The notes beneath the pieces are model-generated. The model was not told where the DNA came from. It ran no database searches and worked only from the letters and a program-made list of their open reading frames with translations. A DNA stretch of 64,000 nt from an uncultured Sulfuricurvum sp. GTDB taxonomy: Bacteria; Campylobacterota; Campylobacteria; Campylobacterales; Sulfurimonadaceae. The stretch lies in the NCBI GenBank assembly GCA_964468865.1, contig CAYXWQ010000005.1, positions 19,641 through 83,640 of the forward strand, given 5' to 3'. The position numbers and the translations under genes were made by a program. This document shows, in pieces, positions 28,507-37,032 of the stretch (position 1 is the stretch's first letter; each line of letters begins with the position of its first letter).

Positions 28507-29049
28507 TTATTCCGACCCTTGGCCTTTGAATCCATTGCCGTAAATATAGGCATACATTTTGCGGTAATAACGCTCGTTACGGGTGCGGTCGGTCGCACTG
28601 AAATGATGGTACCGGCCGAGCGTTTCCCAGGAATAACCGAAGCTTTTGACCAGTCTTGTCAAGATGCCGTTGGCTTTTTCACGCGCTAAATTTTCTTCGA
28701 AGTACTCGTGCAGAAACGGATTGGGATGGTACTTGTAGTTGATCTGATAGGGGCCGAGGTCCAGATTCGTGACGCCGCCTTCGATCAGGGCCTGCGCCTG
28801 AATCGAACACTCCTGTGTCGAACCGCATTTGATCAGATGACCATTAACCGCAAATCCGGCGGCCGAGGCTCGTTGAGCGTCTTCGGTGGCATTGATCCGG
28901 ATTACATGGGGGTTACATGCGCCGTTTTCTTTCAGGCATTCACAATGTTTGATCGCATCAAGGACAATATCGGGCATTCGGATCTCATTCATCTCATCAG
29001 CGCCCAGGAGCGCACCCGTCATGGCAAAACCCAATATCCAGCGTTTCAT
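28507..29049 (-). CDS. Secreted lysozyme-like / SLT-domain protein (IagB/VirB1-type)
   Basis: Signal peptide; AIKHCE (putative catalytic Glu), DLGPYQIN, LGRYH motifs. Confidence 0.7.
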   Translation of the reverse strand: MKRWILGFAMTGALLGADEMNEIRMPDIVLDAIKHCECLKENGACNPHVIRINATEDAQRASAAGFAVNGHLIKCGSTQECSIQAQALIEGGVTNLDLGPYQINYKYHPNPFLHEYFEENLAREKANGILTRLVKSFGYSWETLGRYHHFSATDRTRNERYYRKMYAYIYGNGFKGQGSE

Positions 29050-29065
29050 ACCCGATTTCCTTTGC

Positions 29066-30013
29066 TTAAGATTGCACTATTTTAGCAAGCTTTGCCTGTA
29101 GCTTCAACCACAACTTGTGTTCCATGAGAGGAAAGCCGCTGTAGACCCCTCCCTTGGTGATACTTTTGGTAACACCTGAACGTGCAGCCATTGTCGTAAA
29201 AGGGGCGATGTTCAGATGACCCGCCGCCGCACTCTGGCCGCCCATGACGACATTGCGCCCCAGCGTCGTAGAACCGGCAAGTCCTACTTGCGAAACGAGA
29301 ATCGAATACTCTCCGACGACGCAGTTGTGACCGATCTGGACAAGATTGTCGATTTTGGCCCCTTTTTTAATCAGGGTCGACCCGAATACGGCACAGTCGA
29401 CGGTACAGTTGGCACCGATTTCGACATCGTCCTCGATGACGACGTTGCCGTTTTGATAGAGCTTGACATGCTCGCCCGTTTTCGTATGCGCATACCCGAA
29501 TCCGTCGCTTCCGATCACACTCCCCGCGTGGATCGCCACCGAATCGCCGATGATGCAGTCGCGGTAGATGCAGACGTTGGGATAGAGAGTAACCCCATCC
29601 CCGATCACGACCTCCGCGCCGACATAGACGCCGCTCATGATGGTGCAGTTTTTTCCGATTGTCGCGCCATTTTCGATGTGTGCTGTCGGATAGACGACAC
29701 TCCCCTCCCCGATCGCGGGTGCTTTTTCACTGCTGCGAATCGGTTTGGCAAAATGTTTGGAGAGTCTTGCGACGGCCATATAAGGCTCTTCACTGACCAG
29801 AGCAACCACCCCGTCCGGAAGAAGGGCAGTTTTGGACGCGGGGAGAATGACGGCAGAGGCTTTTGTCTCTAAAAGCTCTTTTTCATATTTGCTATCAGAG
29901 AGGAAGGAAACGTCCCCTTCCTGAGCATTTTTCAGCGTGTTCATGGAAACGATTTCAACATTTTCGCTTACAGCGCCGCATCCGATGATCGATGCAATCT
30001 CACTCAGCTTCAT
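29066..30013 (-). CDS. lpxD: UDP-3-O-acyl-glucosamine N-acyltransferase
   Basis: Hexapeptide repeats, IGSDGFGY, KIDNLVQIGHNC. Confidence 0.96.
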   Translation of the reverse strand: MKLSEIASIIGCGAVSENVEIVSMNTLKNAQEGDVSFLSDSKYEKELLETKASAVILPASKTALLPDGVVALVSEEPYMAVARLSKHFAKPIRSSEKAPAIGEGSVVYPTAHIENGATIGKNCTIMSGVYVGAEVVIGDGVTLYPNVCIYRDCIIGDSVAIHAGSVIGSDGFGYAHTKTGEHVKLYQNGNVVIEDDVEIGANCTVDCAVFGSTLIKKGAKIDNLVQIGHNCVVGEYSILVSQVGLAGSTTLGRNVVMGGQSAAAGHLNIAPFTTMAARSGVTKSITKGGVYSGFPLMEHKLWLKLQAKLAKIVQS

Positions 30014-30014
30014 G

Positions 30015-30485
30015 TTATCTCTCTAAAGCGACCGAGCCGCTTCGGACGATCTCTTTGGGATGAAAGCGCTTGATTGCTTCCAAAAAATGGCCGACGCGCG
30101 TAGGTTCATCGGCCACCATGGCAATGAGGGTATCGCTGCCGACGTTGACGATCCGGCCGTTATAGGCGTGTGCCAGTGCTTCGATATCCCCGAGCGATTC
30201 ACTCATCGGAATTTTCACCATCGCCATCTCTTTTTCAACCAGATCCGCGTGTTCGTATACCTTGAGTACCGGAATCAGCTTGTGCAGCTGCTTCGTGATC
30301 TGTTCTATCACCCGCAAGGAACCTGCGGTGACGATCGTGATACGCGAATACTTCGAATCGGGTATCGGAGCGACGGTAAGCGATTCGATATTGTAGCCGC
30401 GTCCTGAAAAAAGCCCCACGATACGGGACAGTACACTCGCTTCGTTCAACACGATAACGGAAATTACTCGACGTGCATTTTCCAT
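30015..30485 (-). CDS. ilvH: Acetolactate synthase small subunit
   Basis: VLSRIVGLFSGRGYNIESLTV, IEQITKQLHKL. Confidence 0.95.
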   Translation of the reverse strand: MENARRVISVIVLNEASVLSRIVGLFSGRGYNIESLTVAPIPDSKYSRITIVTAGSLRVIEQITKQLHKLIPVLKVYEHADLVEKEMAMVKIPMSESLGDIEALAHAYNGRIVNVGSDTLIAMVADEPTRVGHFLEAIKRFHPKEIVRSGSVALER

Positions 30486-32179
30486 TATTTCTCCTTGTAT
30501 TCCAGCATCATATTAAACAGCGATCCGCCTGCCGGAACCATCGGCAGAACGTTTTCGAACCGGTTGACGGCGACGTCGATGATCGCTACGACGTTTTTCT
30601 CGACGGCGTCTTTAAGTGCCGCGTCAAACTCTTCTTTGGTCGTAACGCGATACCCTATCCCGCCGAACGCCTGGGCAAGCATGACGAAATCAGGCTGCAT
30701 CGAAAGGTCGGTCTGCGAATGGCGTTTGTCGTAAAACATGGTCTGCCACTGCCGCACCATCCCCAGAAAATTGTTGTTGAGGATGACGTTGACAACAGGG
30801 AGCTTGTACTCGACCGCTGTCATCAACTCCTGAATGTTCATCAGGATCGATCCGTCTCCAGTGATATTGATGCTGACCCGTTCGAGATCGGCACGCTTGA
30901 CCCCAAGAGCGGCGGGGAAACCGAATCCCATTGTCCCAAGTCCCCCCGAACTTACCCACTGGCGGGGACGGGTGAACGGATAGAACTGCGCCGTCCACAT
31001 CTGATGCTGTCCGACGTCGGTCGAGATGTTGGCATCGTCTCCCAGCAGCTGCCCGATACGCTCGATAACCCACTGGGGCTTCAGGCGGTCTCCTTCTTCG
31101 GTATAGGAGAGGGGATGGAGTTTGTTGAAATTCGAGATCGTGTTGTGCCACGGTGCGTAGCGCGCCGGATCCACCTGCTCATGTGCCAGCGGCATCATCT
31201 GCTCCAGAACGTTTTTGACATCGCCGACGATCGGATAGTGGGCGTGTACCAGTTTCGAAACGCTGGCCGGGTCGATATCGACGTGGATAATCTGGGCATT
31301 TTTCGCAAACTCGGACAGTTTTCCCGTAACGCGGTCGTCAAATCGGGCCCCAAGGCCGATAACGAGATCGGTCTCGGACATCGCCATGTTCGCCGCGTAC
31401 GATCCGTGCATCCCGAGCATCGAGATCAGCAGCGGATCGTCAAAGCGCAGTGTTCCGCGCGCCATAAACGTCTCGACGGCCGGGATCTGGGTCATGTGGG
31501 CAAATTCACGTACCAGATCGGCTGCTCCGGAGCTGATGATACCGCCGCCCAGATAGAGGAGCGGGCGTTTTGCCGCCGCGATCGCTTCGATCGCTTTTTT
31601 GATCTGGCGGGCATTCCCTTTGGTCGTCGGTTTGTAGGTTTCGAGTTCGACCTCTTTGGAGTAATCGAACGTCGCGATCTGTGCCGTCACGTCTTTTGGA
31701 ATGTCGACGTGGACCGGTCCCGGACGCCCCGTACGGGCGATGTAAAACGCCTCTTTAAGGATACGCGGCAGATCGGACGCATCGGTGACGAGGTAGTTAT
31801 GCTTCGTACACGGGCGACTGATACCGACCGCATCGATCTCCTGGAACGCATCGGTCCCGATCAGCGACATTGGAACCTGCCCGCTGATGACAACGAGGGG
31901 GATCGAGTCCATATAGGCATCGGCTAAACCGGTCACGCCGTTGGTGAATCCCGGACCCGAAGTGATCATCGCCACCCCTACTTTACCCGTCGCTTTGGCG
32001 TACCCTTCCGCCGCGTGTACCGCCGCCTGTTCGTGGCGGGTCAGTATGTGCTGAAAAGAACGCTGTTTGTAGATCTCATCATAGACGTTCATGATCGCTC
32101 CGCCTGGGTATCCGAACACCACTTCGACTTCCTCGGCGATGAGTGCTTCGATAACCATCTGCGCACCGCTGATTTGCAT
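30485..32179 (-). CDS. ilvI: Acetolactate synthase large subunit
   Basis: FGYPGGA, RHEQ, TSGPG, TDAFQE, GARFDDRVTG, SGGLGTMGFG, GDGS..MN ThDP motif. Confidence 0.96.
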   Translation of the reverse strand: MQISGAQMVIEALIAEEVEVVFGYPGGAIMNVYDEIYKQRSFQHILTRHEQAAVHAAEGYAKATGKVGVAMITSGPGFTNGVTGLADAYMDSIPLVVISGQVPMSLIGTDAFQEIDAVGISRPCTKHNYLVTDASDLPRILKEAFYIARTGRPGPVHVDIPKDVTAQIATFDYSKEVELETYKPTTKGNARQIKKAIEAIAAAKRPLLYLGGGIISSGAADLVREFAHMTQIPAVETFMARGTLRFDDPLLISMLGMHGSYAANMAMSETDLVIGLGARFDDRVTGKLSEFAKNAQIIHVDIDPASVSKLVHAHYPIVGDVKNVLEQMMPLAHEQVDPARYAPWHNTISNFNKLHPLSYTEEGDRLKPQWVIERIGQLLGDDANISTDVGQHQMWTAQFYPFTRPRQWVSSGGLGTMGFGFPAALGVKRADLERVSINITGDGSILMNIQELMTAVEYKLPVVNVILNNNFLGMVRQWQTMFYDKRHSQTDLSMQPDFVMLAQAFGGIGYRVTTKEEFDAALKDAVEKNVVAIIDVAVNRFENVLPMVPAGGSLFNMMLEYKEK

Positions 32180-32479
32180 GTCGTCTCCTTTTTGCTGTAT
32201 AAAATTTTTAATATTGCAACTGCTTGCCTCATTTTTGAGGCAGACAATAATTGTTTTGCGAATATAACGGAAAAAAATTAGCCCATTATAAAAGATGGAA
32301 GCTATAAGTTACGTTAAGACGACTTTGAGGGGACAAAGAACCCTTGCAATATCGCAAACAGTGATACTGTATTCTCCATATTCCTTGTTTTTTATTTTTT
32401 ACTGTGGATTTAAATGTTCTAAACTTTTCTTCAACTTAACAAGAGTACTATCATTCTATACACAAACAAGGAGCCTCAA

Positions 32480-32905
32480 ATGGAACACAGCGGAAAACGT
32501 ATTATTCTGGCCGACATGGGTGAACTCAAAAGTTATAAGGTAGATCATATTGCAGCGACAGGGCGTACCCATATCGAGCTTCTCAGCGACATCGACTATA
32601 TCGAAGGGCGTAAAAAAATCGGCGATACGATAAGCGACGATCAGGGAAATTTCCAGCATGCGAGCGGAGAAAATCACGGTCTGGAACATCATGTCGAGCA
32701 GCAGGTAGTTCAAAAAATCGCCGATGACATCTCGGCCATGCTGGCCAATGCGGCACCCGGATCGTATTACCTGGCATTTCCGCAAAAACACCATAAAGAA
32801 TTGACAGCTGCACTCTCCGAAACAGCCCGAAAAGCATTAGCCAAAAACATTGCTGCCGATCTCGTCAAATGCCCGAAAGAGGAAATTCTAAACCATTTCG
32901 CCTGA
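32480..32905 (+). CDS. Host-attachment (AtsE / baeRF-like) family protein
   Basis: IILADMG N-terminus, 'ISDDQGNF', C-terminal 'NIAADLVK' pattern; AAGGAG RBS. Confidence 0.65.
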   Translation: MEHSGKRIILADMGELKSYKVDHIAATGRTHIELLSDIDYIEGRKKIGDTISDDQGNFQHASGENHGLEHHVEQQVVQKIADDISAMLANAAPGSYYLAFPQKHHKELTAALSETARKALAKNIAADLVKCPKEEILNHFA

Positions 32906-32921
32906 TCCGATTTAGCGGCCG

Positions 32922-33524
32922 TTACCCTTTTGTAGCGGTCACCACAAAGATAGGATATTCTCCGCTCTCTTTAACAACGGCATGGGCATAATGGAACCTC
33001 ACATTTGCAAATCCCGTATCCTCCATGATTTTACGCAGTTTTTCGCGCTCAAAACCGAAATGATGAACCCCGTCATTTCCATGGGTATGAAATGTCCCGT
33101 CTTCAGCTTCCAGATCGGCCAATGCCACGAATCCGTCTTTTTTCAAGCATCCCCGAAATGTTTTGAACAATCCAGCCAAGTCCTCTACATGGTGCATCGC
33201 CATAGAGCTGACGATTCCGTGAAACGTTTTGTCAATCGGTTCTTTCATCATATCGCGGCACAGTGGGGTGACATACAGCGAAACGGTATTTTTAGCCTCC
33301 AGCTGCTCCAGCATCTTTTCCGAGAGATCGACTCCCGTAACCGATCGAACCAGCGGAGCTATTTTAAAGCTGAGCAATCCCGTGCCACACCCGAAATCCA
33401 GTATATCCATATGGTTCAGCAGCGCAACGCGGCTCGTTATGGTCCGAAACACGGCCTGTGCTATCTGCTGGCGCGTATCCCCTTTATCCCAGTCTGCTGC
33501 TGCATGATTGAAACGCTCCGTCAT
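32922..33524 (-). CDS. Class I SAM-dependent methyltransferase
   Basis: ILDFGCGTG, VTGVDLS, SSMAMHH. Confidence 0.9.
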   Translation of the reverse strand: MTERFNHAAADWDKGDTRQQIAQAVFRTITSRVALLNHMDILDFGCGTGLLSFKIAPLVRSVTGVDLSEKMLEQLEAKNTVSLYVTPLCRDMMKEPIDKTFHGIVSSMAMHHVEDLAGLFKTFRGCLKKDGFVALADLEAEDGTFHTHGNDGVHHFGFEREKLRKIMEDTGFANVRFHYAHAVVKESGEYPIFVVTATKG

Positions 33525-33651
33525 CCTGACCCTTTTTTAGGTCGAATTATGGACCAAATCGTATTAATATTTGATCACGCCACACCGGCAATCGTCTCAC
33601 GAAACCTACAGGTAATATTTTATTGTTACTATTTGATATATTTTATTATAG

Positions 33652-33660
33652 TGTTATAAT
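33652..33660 (+). promoter_or_regulatory. Extended -10 (TGtTATAAT) for the PAS-sixA unit
   Basis: Perfect TGTTATAAT in an AT-rich intergenic region. Confidence 0.6.
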
Positions 33661-33706
33661 AAAATCTGATTTCCGTTCCTCATGACATTTCCAACCAAAG
33701 GATTGA

Positions 33707-34138
33707 ATGATGCACCGACCGACTCCGTCCGATATTGAAGTAAAATTCGAAGGCGGCAATATGATCACCGAAACCGACCTTCACGGCAAAATAACCTACG
33801 TCAACCGTCTTTTTATCCAGATGTCCGGCTACAACAAAGACGAATTGATCGGCACCCCCCATTCCATCATGCGCCATCCCGACATGCCCAAGTGCTGCTT
33901 CGACGTCATGTGGAAAACGATCAAAAAAGGCGATACTTGGGAAGGATATGTCAAAAATCTGCGTAAAGACGGCGCTTTTTACTGGGTTGTCGTCATGGTC
34001 TCTCCCAAATACGATTCGGACGGTAAGCTCAGCGGCTACATTGCCGTGCGAAAACCGCCGGGAGAAATGACGCTCGAAGAGATGAAAGCCAAATATTCCC
34101 AGATGATGGCACATGAAGAGTGCATCGATGCCGGATAA
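33707..34138 (+). CDS. Stand-alone PAS domain protein (Aer/CetB-like)
   Basis: TETDLHGKITYVN..F..MSGY, HSIMRHPDMP, WEGYVKNLRKDGAFYWV. Confidence 0.9.
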   Translation: MMHRPTPSDIEVKFEGGNMITETDLHGKITYVNRLFIQMSGYNKDELIGTPHSIMRHPDMPKCCFDVMWKTIKKGDTWEGYVKNLRKDGAFYWVVVMVSPKYDSDGKLSGYIAVRKPPGEMTLEEMKAKYSQMMAHEECIDAG

Positions 34139-34161
34139 AGGATTCCGTTAACAGGAGACGC

Positions 34162-34656
34162 ATGAAAACACTCTGTATCATCCGCCATGCAAAATCGGAT
34201 TGGAAAGATCCCGCACTCAACGATTTTGAGAGGCCCCTGAACAAACGAGGCAAAAAAAATGCCCCTCTCATGGGAAAGCTGTTGTCCTCTGCGCATCTGT
34301 TCCCCGATATTATCCTCTCGAGTCCGGCGGTACGGGCCAGAATGACGGCAGAAATGATTGCCGAAAAAGTGGGCTACGACGCCGATGCCATTGTCTATGA
34401 CGAGGCACTGTACCTCGCGGATCGAAGCGACATAGAACGCGTCTTGAAAAACGTTTCCCCGTCATACAATGCGGTCTTCATCGTAGGGCACAATCCCGGT
34501 CTTACACTGTTTGCAGAATACATCAGCGGGTATTCGATCGGCAACATTCCCACCTGCGGGATCGTCACTGTATCGCTCAAAGAAGAGAGCTGGCAACGTA
34601 TCGGCAAAGACGCGGCCGTCCTGGTCTCTTTTGAATATCCCAAAAAATATCCCTAG
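34162..34656 (+). CDS. sixA: Phosphohistidine phosphatase SixA family
   Basis: RHAKS, DFERPLNKRG, SPAVRA..TA, VGHNPG; AGGAG RBS before ATG 34162. Confidence 0.88.
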   Translation: MKTLCIIRHAKSDWKDPALNDFERPLNKRGKKNAPLMGKLLSSAHLFPDIILSSPAVRARMTAEMIAEKVGYDADAIVYDEALYLADRSDIERVLKNVSPSYNAVFIVGHNPGLTLFAEYISGYSIGNIPTCGIVTVSLKEESWQRIGKDAAVLVSFEYPKKYP

Positions 34657-34745
34657 CATTGAACCCAAATGATACATATGCCCACGGTACTGTCCGTTAG
34701 CGGTTTTCAGGGTATAGTATCAGAATATTATTTTGGGAGAAACGG

Positions 34746-35315
34746 ATGAAGTCACTCATCATCGCAGCATTTTTGGTTGTCCTTGGGTATTCGGCCGGTT
34801 TGGACAAAAGCATCCCTCCTCACCAGACGACTCTTGCGAAAGCCTATTTTGCCGGAGGATGTTTTTGGGGTGTCGAATATTATCTTGAAAGCCTCAAAGG
34901 GGTCAAAGAGGTCCATTCGGGCTTTATGGGCGGACATACGAAGAATCCAACCTATCGGGACGTCATAGAGAAAAAGACCGGCCATCTGGAGACAGTAGAG
35001 GTGATCTACAACCCTGAACTCATTTCGTACGAAACCCTCGCAAAAGCTTTCTTCGAAATCCACGACCCCACCCAGCGCAACGGACAGGGACCTGACATCG
35101 GCGAACAGTATCTCTCGGCGGTTTTCGTCCGCAATGACGCCGAACGCAGAACCGTTCGGCAACTGATAGGGCAGCTCCGCGCAAACGGCTATGATGTCGC
35201 GACAAAAGTACTGAATGCCAGATCTTTTTATCCCGCCGAAGCGTATCATCAGGATTATTACGTCAAAAAGGGGAAACTTCCCTATTGCCACGGATACGTC
35301 AAACGGTTTAAATAA
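34746..35315 (+). CDS. msrA: Peptide-methionine (S)-S-oxide reductase, probably exported
   Basis: AGGCFWG, GHLETV, HDPTQ, AEAYHQDYY, YCH; N-terminal signal-like peptide. Confidence 0.95.
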   Translation: MKSLIIAAFLVVLGYSAGLDKSIPPHQTTLAKAYFAGGCFWGVEYYLESLKGVKEVHSGFMGGHTKNPTYRDVIEKKTGHLETVEVIYNPELISYETLAKAFFEIHDPTQRNGQGPDIGEQYLSAVFVRNDAERRTVRQLIGQLRANGYDVATKVLNARSFYPAEAYHQDYYVKKGKLPYCHGYVKRFK

Positions 35316-35449
35316 CAGCGGATCATCAGTATTAAGATGAAACCATCAGGGAAAAAGCTTTCTGATCACTGCGGCACGATCAAGCCGCGCCCTTAATCAG
35401 CCGCAAGGCACTTTCTGCTAAAATTCCCAAAAATGTTTTAGGAATCAAC

Positions 35450-36748
35450 ATGCTCCGTTTTGCCCCCAGCCCGACGGGAGATATGCACATCGGCAATCTC
35501 CGTGTCGCCCTTTTTAATTATATTCTATCGGTTCAACGCGAAGAACCCCTCCTAATCCGGATCGAGGACACCAACAAAGAGCGCAATATCCCCGGAAAAG
35601 AAAAAGAAATTTTCGAAATTCTGGCTCTCTTCGGAATCGAATACCAGGAGCAGCAGCTCCAGAGCAACAACGTCCGGTTCCACCGCGCGATGGCGCTGCA
35701 GCTTCTGCAGGACAAAAAAGCTTTCAACTGTTTTTGCACCTCCGAAACATTGGAAAAAAAACGGGAAGCGGCCAAAGAATCCAAAACCGCCTACCGTTAC
35801 GACAGCGCATGCGAACACCTCCCCGCCGAAGCGGTTATCGACAACGAAAACCCTTTTACAGTCCGTCTCAAAAAGCCGGAGCATCCGATTACCGTCACCG
35901 ACATCATCCAAGGGGAGAGCACATTCGCTCCCGATGACATCGACAGCTTTATCCTGATGCGTGCCGACAAATTCCCGACCTACAATTTTGCGTGTGCCGT
36001 GGATGACATGCTCGCCGATGTCTCCCTGATCATCCGCGGGGAGGATCACCTCTCCAACACCCCCAAACAGATGGCGATACACGAAGCGCTGGGATACACG
36101 AAAAAAATCGAATACGCCCACCTTCCGATCATCCTCAACGACGAGGGGAAAAAGATGTCCGAGCGCGATGACGCTTTCAGCGTCAAATGGCTCCTCGAAG
36201 AGGGGTACCTCCCCGAGGCAATCAGCAATTACCTCATTTTGATGGGGAACAAAGCGCCCAACGAAATTTTCAGCCTGAAAGAGGCGATCAAATGGTTTGA
36301 CCTGAAAACCCTCTCCAAAGATCCCGCTCGGTTCGATATCGACAAACTCAAATTCATCAACCGGCAGCATCTCAAAGGGATGGACCCCAAAGAGCTCTCC
36401 CGATATGTGGGGTTTGCCGACGAGGAGATCGGAGAGCTGGCAAAAGTGTTCCTCGAAGAGGCGGGAACGCTCAAGGAACTGCGAACGAAAATCGGTGCCG
36501 TATTCGCCCCCAAAAATGTCCCCGATGAGTTCAAAGAGGGGTATGCGATACTACGCGACCTCACCCTCAAAGCGCCCCACTTCGACGATTACGATTCGTA
36601 CAAAACCTACCTGAGCGACAACAGCGGCCTGGAAGGAAAAAATTTCTTTAAGCCGCTCCGTATCCTCCTGACCGGTGCGGAGCATGGGCCGGAGCTTGAC
36701 GATCTGTATCAGCATCTTAAAAATTATCTCAAAGAGGTGGCCAAATGA
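35450..36748 (+). CDS. gltX: Glutamate--tRNA ligase (short paralogue, GluRS2-like), KMSKS motif read as KMSER
   Basis: RFAPSPTG, HIGN, RIEDT, PTYNFACAVDD, IRGEDHLSNT, KKMSER. Confidence 0.92.
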   Translation: MLRFAPSPTGDMHIGNLRVALFNYILSVQREEPLLIRIEDTNKERNIPGKEKEIFEILALFGIEYQEQQLQSNNVRFHRAMALQLLQDKKAFNCFCTSETLEKKREAAKESKTAYRYDSACEHLPAEAVIDNENPFTVRLKKPEHPITVTDIIQGESTFAPDDIDSFILMRADKFPTYNFACAVDDMLADVSLIIRGEDHLSNTPKQMAIHEALGYTKKIEYAHLPIILNDEGKKMSERDDAFSVKWLLEEGYLPEAISNYLILMGNKAPNEIFSLKEAIKWFDLKTLSKDPARFDIDKLKFINRQHLKGMDPKELSRYVGFADEEIGELAKVFLEEAGTLKELRTKIGAVFAPKNVPDEFKEGYAILRDLTLKAPHFDDYDSYKTYLSDNSGLEGKNFFKPLRILLTGAEHGPELDDLYQHLKNYLKEVAK

Positions 36749-37032
36749 TCGACAACATCATCGCAGGACTGGGCGGGATCGTCCATTCCCTCCTCACCGT
36801 CTATATCTGGGTCGTCATCATCGGCGCCCTCCTCTCGTGGGTACGTCCCGATCCGTATAATCCGATCGTACAGATCATCTACCGCCTCACCGAACCGGCC
36901 TACAAACTGATCCGCCGGATGATGCCGACCGTCTTCAACGGAATCGATCTCGCACCGATTATCCTGATCGTTTTGCTCAACGTCATCGATGTGATACTCG
37001 TCAACGTCATCAACGCATTGGTTATCGGATGA
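36745..37032 (+). CDS. yggT: YggT family membrane protein
   Basis: LLSWVRPDPYNPIVQIIYRLTEP, GIDLAPI. Confidence 0.9.
   Translation: MIDNIIAGLGGIVHSLLTVYIWVVIIGALLSWVRPDPYNPIVQIIYRLTEPAYKLIRRMMPTVFNGIDLAPIILIVLLNVIDVILVNVINALVIG

Noticed and set aside
32213-32231. Sigma-54-like GGCAAGCAGTTGC upstream of ilvI (minus strand)
   Set aside because: Spacing is 9 nt, not 10.
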